A DNA stretch of 44,491 nt from NCBI GenBank assembly GCA_049472355.1, contig JBLIRP010000021.1, positions 1-44,491 on the forward strand, in the 5' to 3' direction. The translations under genes and the position numbers were made by a program. Numbering within the stretch: the first letter of the stretch is position 1; every line of letters starts with the position of its first letter. This stretch comes from a bacterium (GTDB taxonomy: Bacteria; SZUA-182; DTGQ01; JAFGSM01). Under the pieces are notes generated by a model. That model was not told the DNA's origin and ran no database searches. It saw nothing but the letters and a program-made list of their open reading frames with translations. Shown in pieces: positions 41,301 to 44,491 of the stretch.

Positions 41301-41446
41301 GATGGGTCACCACCGACTTCAACAACGGGCCCAATCTGACCTTCGGTGACAGCGCGAATCTTCTGACCCCGACCGTCGGCGATTCCAACACCATGATCCC
41401 TGAGTCCAAGGCGTTCATGGTCAACGTGGTGCGAAAGGGGGTGTGA
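38348..41446 (+). CDS. fdnG: Formate dehydrogenase alpha subunit (Mo/W-bisPGD), selenocysteine-containing, Tat-exported
   Basis: AGGAGGT RBS; Tat KRRDFLK; CPYCAVGC..C; in-frame TGA 38915-38917 in HQARI-U-HSATVAALAESFGRGAMTNHW; ALRGESNVQG. Joins ORFs 38303..38917 and 38966..41446 in one frame. Confidence 0.95.
38915..38958 (+). promoter_or_regulatory. Sec UGA codon and bacterial SECIS hairpin
   Basis: CGGCTCT-GGC-AGAGTCG stem-loop (38934-38950), extended by CTAC/GTAG, just 3' of the UGA. Confidence 0.85.
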
Positions 41447-41450
41447 GTAA

Positions 41451-42233
41451 ATGGAAATGGTCGAATACAAGAAGGAAAAGGCCTTCATGCTGTATCCCGC
41501 GAAGTGCACCGCGTGCCGGTCCTGTCAGGTTGCCTGCAAGAACTGGAACCAGAACGAGGCAACCAAGACGATCAACCGCGGTACCTTCGAGAATCCCCCT
41601 TCCCTGGACTATTTCAACTATACGAAGATCAAGTTCAGCGAGTATCCGAATGGTCAGGATTACGGGATTAAATGGCTTTTCACCAAGGAACAGTGCCTCC
41701 ACTGTACCGATGCCACCTGCATGATCGTATGTCCCTCCGAGGGGGCCCTCTACCGGACCCCCGAAGGGCTGGTCGCGTTCAACCCGGATCGTTGCATCGG
41801 GTGCAAGTACTGCGTTATGACCTGTCCCTTTGAGGTGCCGAAGTACAATGAGGTGACCAAGACGATCAGCAAGTGCCACCTGTGTCACGACAGGGTTGCC
41901 AACGGATTGATCCCCGCCTGCGCAAAGGCCTGCCCTACCGGCGCCATTGCTTATGGCGACAGGGATAAACTCATTGCCGAGGCAAAGGCGAACGGCGCCA
42001 AGTACATCTATGGGGAGCACGAGCTCCGGGGCCTTCACGCGATGTATGTGCTGGAGGACTCACCCGACAAGTACGGCCTCCCGGTCGATCCCAAGGTGCC
42101 GACCTCGGTTGTGATATGGAAGAATTTCATCAAACCGCTTATAAAATGGGGTATCCCGCTGACCATCGTGGGGGTGCTCCTCCACTTCTGGCTGCACGGT
42201 CCCCATGTGGTTGAGGAAGGGGGTGAGAAGTAA
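41451..42233 (+). CDS. fdnH: Formate dehydrogenase beta (iron-sulfur) subunit with C-terminal membrane anchor
   Basis: Four Cys groups (CTACRSCQVAC, CLHC..C..C, CIGCKYCVMTC, CHLC..CAKAC) and a C-terminal TM helix. Confidence 0.9.
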   Translation: MEMVEYKKEKAFMLYPAKCTACRSCQVACKNWNQNEATKTINRGTFENPPSLDYFNYTKIKFSEYPNGQDYGIKWLFTKEQCLHCTDATCMIVCPSEGALYRTPEGLVAFNPDRCIGCKYCVMTCPFEVPKYNEVTKTISKCHLCHDRVANGLIPACAKACPTGAIAYGDRDKLIAEAKANGAKYIYGEHELRGLHAMYVLEDSPDKYGLPVDPKVPTSVVIWKNFIKPLIKWGIPLTIVGVLLHFWLHGPHVVEEGGEK

Positions 42234-42865
42234 TGGCCGGAAAAGTCGTTGTCAATGCCTCGAGCGCATGGGAGAAGATCGCCCATTGGACCTTGGTTAC
42301 CAGTTGCGTCATCTGTATGATCACCGGGTTCGGATTCATGTTCCGTTCCCTGGACATCTTCCAGAGGATCTTCGGATTCCCGCACGGCGCAAAGACGGTC
42401 CACCATTTCTTCGGGCTCGTCTTCTTCCTTTCGCTGATCCTCACCTTTTTCGTGTGGGTCAGGGACTCCGGGTTTGAACTCGAGGATGCCAAGTGGTTTA
42501 AGGTCCTCGGCGGTTACCTGATCCGGACGGATCAGCACTTCGATCTCTACAAGTTCAATCCCGGCCAGAAGATCTTCTTTTGGTATACCATTTTCTTCGG
42601 GCTGGTGGTATCCGTAACCGGCTACATCATGTGGAGTCCCTTTTCATGGGGCCGGGGGACCGTCCAGGTCAGCTATCCCCTCCATGCACTCTCCGCGTTC
42701 ATGTTCGCACTCGGGTTCATCGGACACGGGTATCTCGCATCCTGGGCAAACCCCGGCAGCTTGAGTGTTATCACCTCGGGCCGGGTCACCAGGGCGTGGT
42801 GTAATCATCATCGGCCTCGCTGGACAAGGAAGATGGTCAAGGAAGGAAAGCTCAAGGAGGTGTAA
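42233..42865 (+). CDS. fdnI: Formate dehydrogenase gamma (cytochrome b) subunit
   Basis: Four TM helices with His ligands (IAHW, TVHH, PLHA, IGHG), KFNPGQK, W..HHRPRW. Confidence 0.9.
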   Translation: MAGKVVVNASSAWEKIAHWTLVTSCVICMITGFGFMFRSLDIFQRIFGFPHGAKTVHHFFGLVFFLSLILTFFVWVRDSGFELEDAKWFKVLGGYLIRTDQHFDLYKFNPGQKIFFWYTIFFGLVVSVTGYIMWSPFSWGRGTVQVSYPLHALSAFMFALGFIGHGYLASWANPGSLSVITSGRVTRAWCNHHRPRWTRKMVKEGKLKEV

Positions 42866-42892
42866 AACCTCCGGGAAGTAATTCGCCTTTTT

Positions 42893-42931
42893 CATAGGGC
42901 ACCGGGCGCATGCCCGGTGCCCTATGTTTTT
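42893..42931 (+). terminator. Intrinsic terminator of the fdn operon
   Basis: Perfect 15-bp stem CATAGGGCACCGGGC-GCAT-GCCCGGTGCCCTATG followed by TTTTT. Confidence 0.85.
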
Positions 42932-43082
42932 CCTATGCGCCAGGCAGGGCGCACCCACGAAAAATGCGATCAGCATTGCTGACGATTTCACACAGTGAGG
43001 GTCAATGTGATTGATTGGTACTATGCGTCGTTATAAATCAACGGAAGGTATCGAGCAAGAGGAATTGCTTTTATATGCGACG

Positions 43083-43517
43083 TTATTCTTTTTTGATGGT
43101 TTCCATCCCTAATTCTCTTGCAATTTTTATCATATTGGCGTCATAACTGCAGATCAACAACTTATCGTGTATGAGCTTTTTGTATATATTTGCTGTTGCC
43201 AGATGAATGCTGTCCAATGATCTCAATCGTTTCAACCAGTCATTGTTCTTGATTTCCAATAAAACTTCATTATCGACCACTTTCTTGTTTATGCTGTTGA
43301 GCAGCCTGCTGAGCATGGCGTCCTTCTCATGATAAAGTTCCTTATCCTTGATGCTAAGCAAGCAATATTTATAGATATTTATTCGGCATTCTATTTCCAT
43401 GATTATCGAACCTAAGAGAATATCCAGAGAATTCCAGATATCGATTGACAAATCATAGCGTTCATCCTCAAAGACTATCGAAAGCAAAAAGCTGGAATCG
43501 ATATAGGCGGGTTTCAT
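43083..43517 (-). CDS. PIN-domain (VapC-like) toxin
   Basis: YIDSS, E, LRSLDSIHLATA and SYD acidic PIN residues; coupled to the upstream antitoxin. Confidence 0.88.
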   Translation of the reverse strand: MKPAYIDSSFLLSIVFEDERYDLSIDIWNSLDILLGSIIMEIECRINIYKYCLLSIKDKELYHEKDAMLSRLLNSINKKVVDNEVLLEIKNNDWLKRLRSLDSIHLATANIYKKLIHDKLLICSYDANMIKIARELGMETIKKE

Positions 43518-43813
43518 ACCCTGTCCGCCCGTGTCTTATTGTAGATTTTCTCGAGAATCGCCCTGTCAGGCCTTCTTTCGCTTTTCACCTTCTTCAACGT
43601 GATCTTTTTCTTCGCTCTGACAATAAGGCCTGATTTTACTTGATCTGAAAGGTAAACCTCCAGAAGGTCCGATTCAGTTAACCCTCCCGTAGAGGGAATT
43701 ATCTCGGCAACTATCCGGTCATGATCGGTTATCAGTATCCGCTCGCCTGCCTTCACCAGATTGATATATTGGCTCAAGGAGTTCTTGAGATTTTTTATTC
43801 CAACCGTTTTCAT
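43514..43813 (-). CDS. Phd/YefM-family antitoxin
   Basis: VGIKNLKNSLSQYINLVKAGERILITDHDRIVAEIIP. Confidence 0.88.
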   Translation of the reverse strand: MKTVGIKNLKNSLSQYINLVKAGERILITDHDRIVAEIIPSTGGLTESDLLEVYLSDQVKSGLIVRAKKKITLKKVKSERRPDRAILEKIYNKTRADRV

Positions 43814-43819
43814 GACCCT

Positions 43820-43848
43820 ATTATAGCCACAATGGCCATTTTAGTCAA
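43820..43848 (-). promoter_or_regulatory. Promoter of the phd-vapC pair with palindromic operator candidate
   Basis: TTGACT-17 nt-TATAAT; AATGGCCATT palindrome (43831-43840) in the spacer; ATG begins 7 nt after the -10. Confidence 0.75.
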
Positions 43849-43899
43849 ACGACATCCTGCAAGCTATTGAATGGGAATGGCGATGAGAGCCGGATGCGT

Positions 43900-44491
43900 T
43901 CACTCCGAAAGGGCGTGGCCTCCGACCACGATCTGCTTGATCCTGAGGGTGGGCTGTGCGTCGGAGACCGGGGCCGCCTGGCCGTCCTTGCCGCAGGTGC
44001 CCACCTGGTAGCCCAGGTCGTCGCCGACCATGTCGATGTTCTGCAGGACCTTCGGCCCGTTGCCGATGAGGGTCGCCCCGCGGACAGGGCGGGTGACCTT
44101 CCCCTTTTCGATGAGATACCCCTCGTTGATCTCGAACACGAAATCGCCCGTTACCGTATCCACCTGGCCGCCCCCCATCTTTTTCACCAGCAGGCCCTGC
44201 CGGGTTGCTGCGATGATCTCCCCGGGCGGGGTGGTGCCAGGGGAGATGAAGGTGTTGCTCATTCGGGGAATGGGCACATGCTGGTAGGATTCCCTCCTCC
44301 CGTTTCCTGTGGAGGATGACTTCGCCTTGAGTGCGGTGAGGCGGTCGTAGAGGTATCCCTTCAGCACGCCCCGTTCCACCAGCACCGTCCTCTGGGCGGG
44401 GATGCCCTCATCGTCGTAGTAATAGGAGCCTCGTTTCCCCTGGAGGGTTGCGTCGTCGATAACGGTGATCAGGGACGAGGCGACCTTCTCG
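43900..44491 (-). CDS. tldD: TldD family metalloprotease, C-terminal part (5' end outside window)
   Basis: Open frame to the window edge: ITVIDDAT..GSYYYDDEG, TGNGRRESY..PRMSNT, GGGQVD, CGKDGQ..VSDAQPTLRI. Confidence 0.92.
   Translation of the reverse strand, partial: EKVASSLITVIDDATLQGKRGSYYYDDEGIPAQRTVLVERGVLKGYLYDRLTALKAKSSSTGNGRRESYQHVPIPRMSNTFISPGTTPPGEIIAATRQGLLVKKMGGGQVDTVTGDFVFEINEGYLIEKGKVTRPVRGATLIGNGPKVLQNIDMVGDDLGYQVGTCGKDGQAAPVSDAQPTLRIKQIVVGGHALSE

Noticed and set aside
39122..41509. 795-aa minus-strand ORF, and other long antisense ORFs such as 10314-11750, 13785-14981 and 3468-4553
   Set aside because: Shadow frames opposite well-supported GC-rich genes, with no recognisable motifs.
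38329..42865. AAGGAGGTGTAA direct repeat flanking the fdn operon
   Set aside because: One copy is the fdnG RBS and the other encodes K-E-V-stop; coincidence is sufficient.
43020..43900. phd-vapC as an integron cassette
   Set aside because: The stop overlaps TAAC, but there is no complementary upstream GTT site and no attC-like palindrome.

Overview
Bacterial chromosomal window, GC-rich with AT-rich patches. Gene content suggests an anaerobe of Desulfobacterota-like style; that taxonomy is inferred, not tested. The left ~26 kb is mostly minus-strand housekeeping: hisI, an rpsU-NIF3-mutS2-dnaG-rpoD cluster, and a TPR-DUF465-ilvD-ilvB-ilvB-ilvN-ilvN-ilvC-psd-pssA-leuA-leuC-leuD-SEC-C-leuB-asd run. 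It is interrupted by a TIGR02757-like gene and a secreted GGLYGL-repeat protein behind a near-consensus sigma54 promoter. The right part holds [NiFe]-hydrogenase maturation genes (protease, hypC, hypD, hypB, hypF, and an inverted hypE), an AT-rich insert (hicBA with integron-cassette-like borders and a large secreted protein with a Tyr/Pro-rich tail), a selenocysteine formate dehydrogenase FdnGHI split by the ORF caller at an in-frame UGA, a probably leaderless phd/vapC pair, and a partial tldD. The least explained signals are: (i) small hairpin elements with a shared ATTTT(C)..GTG foot, two of them between ~20-bp direct repeats that duplicate the 3' end of the upstream gene; (ii) the sigma54-linked Gly/Leu/Tyr-repeat exported protein; (iii) the attC-like hicBA unit; (iv) a ZIP-like membrane protein lacking the usual metal ligands; (v) a long structured leader before the FDH operon. 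All calls come from reading the sequence by eye; no database searches were run.
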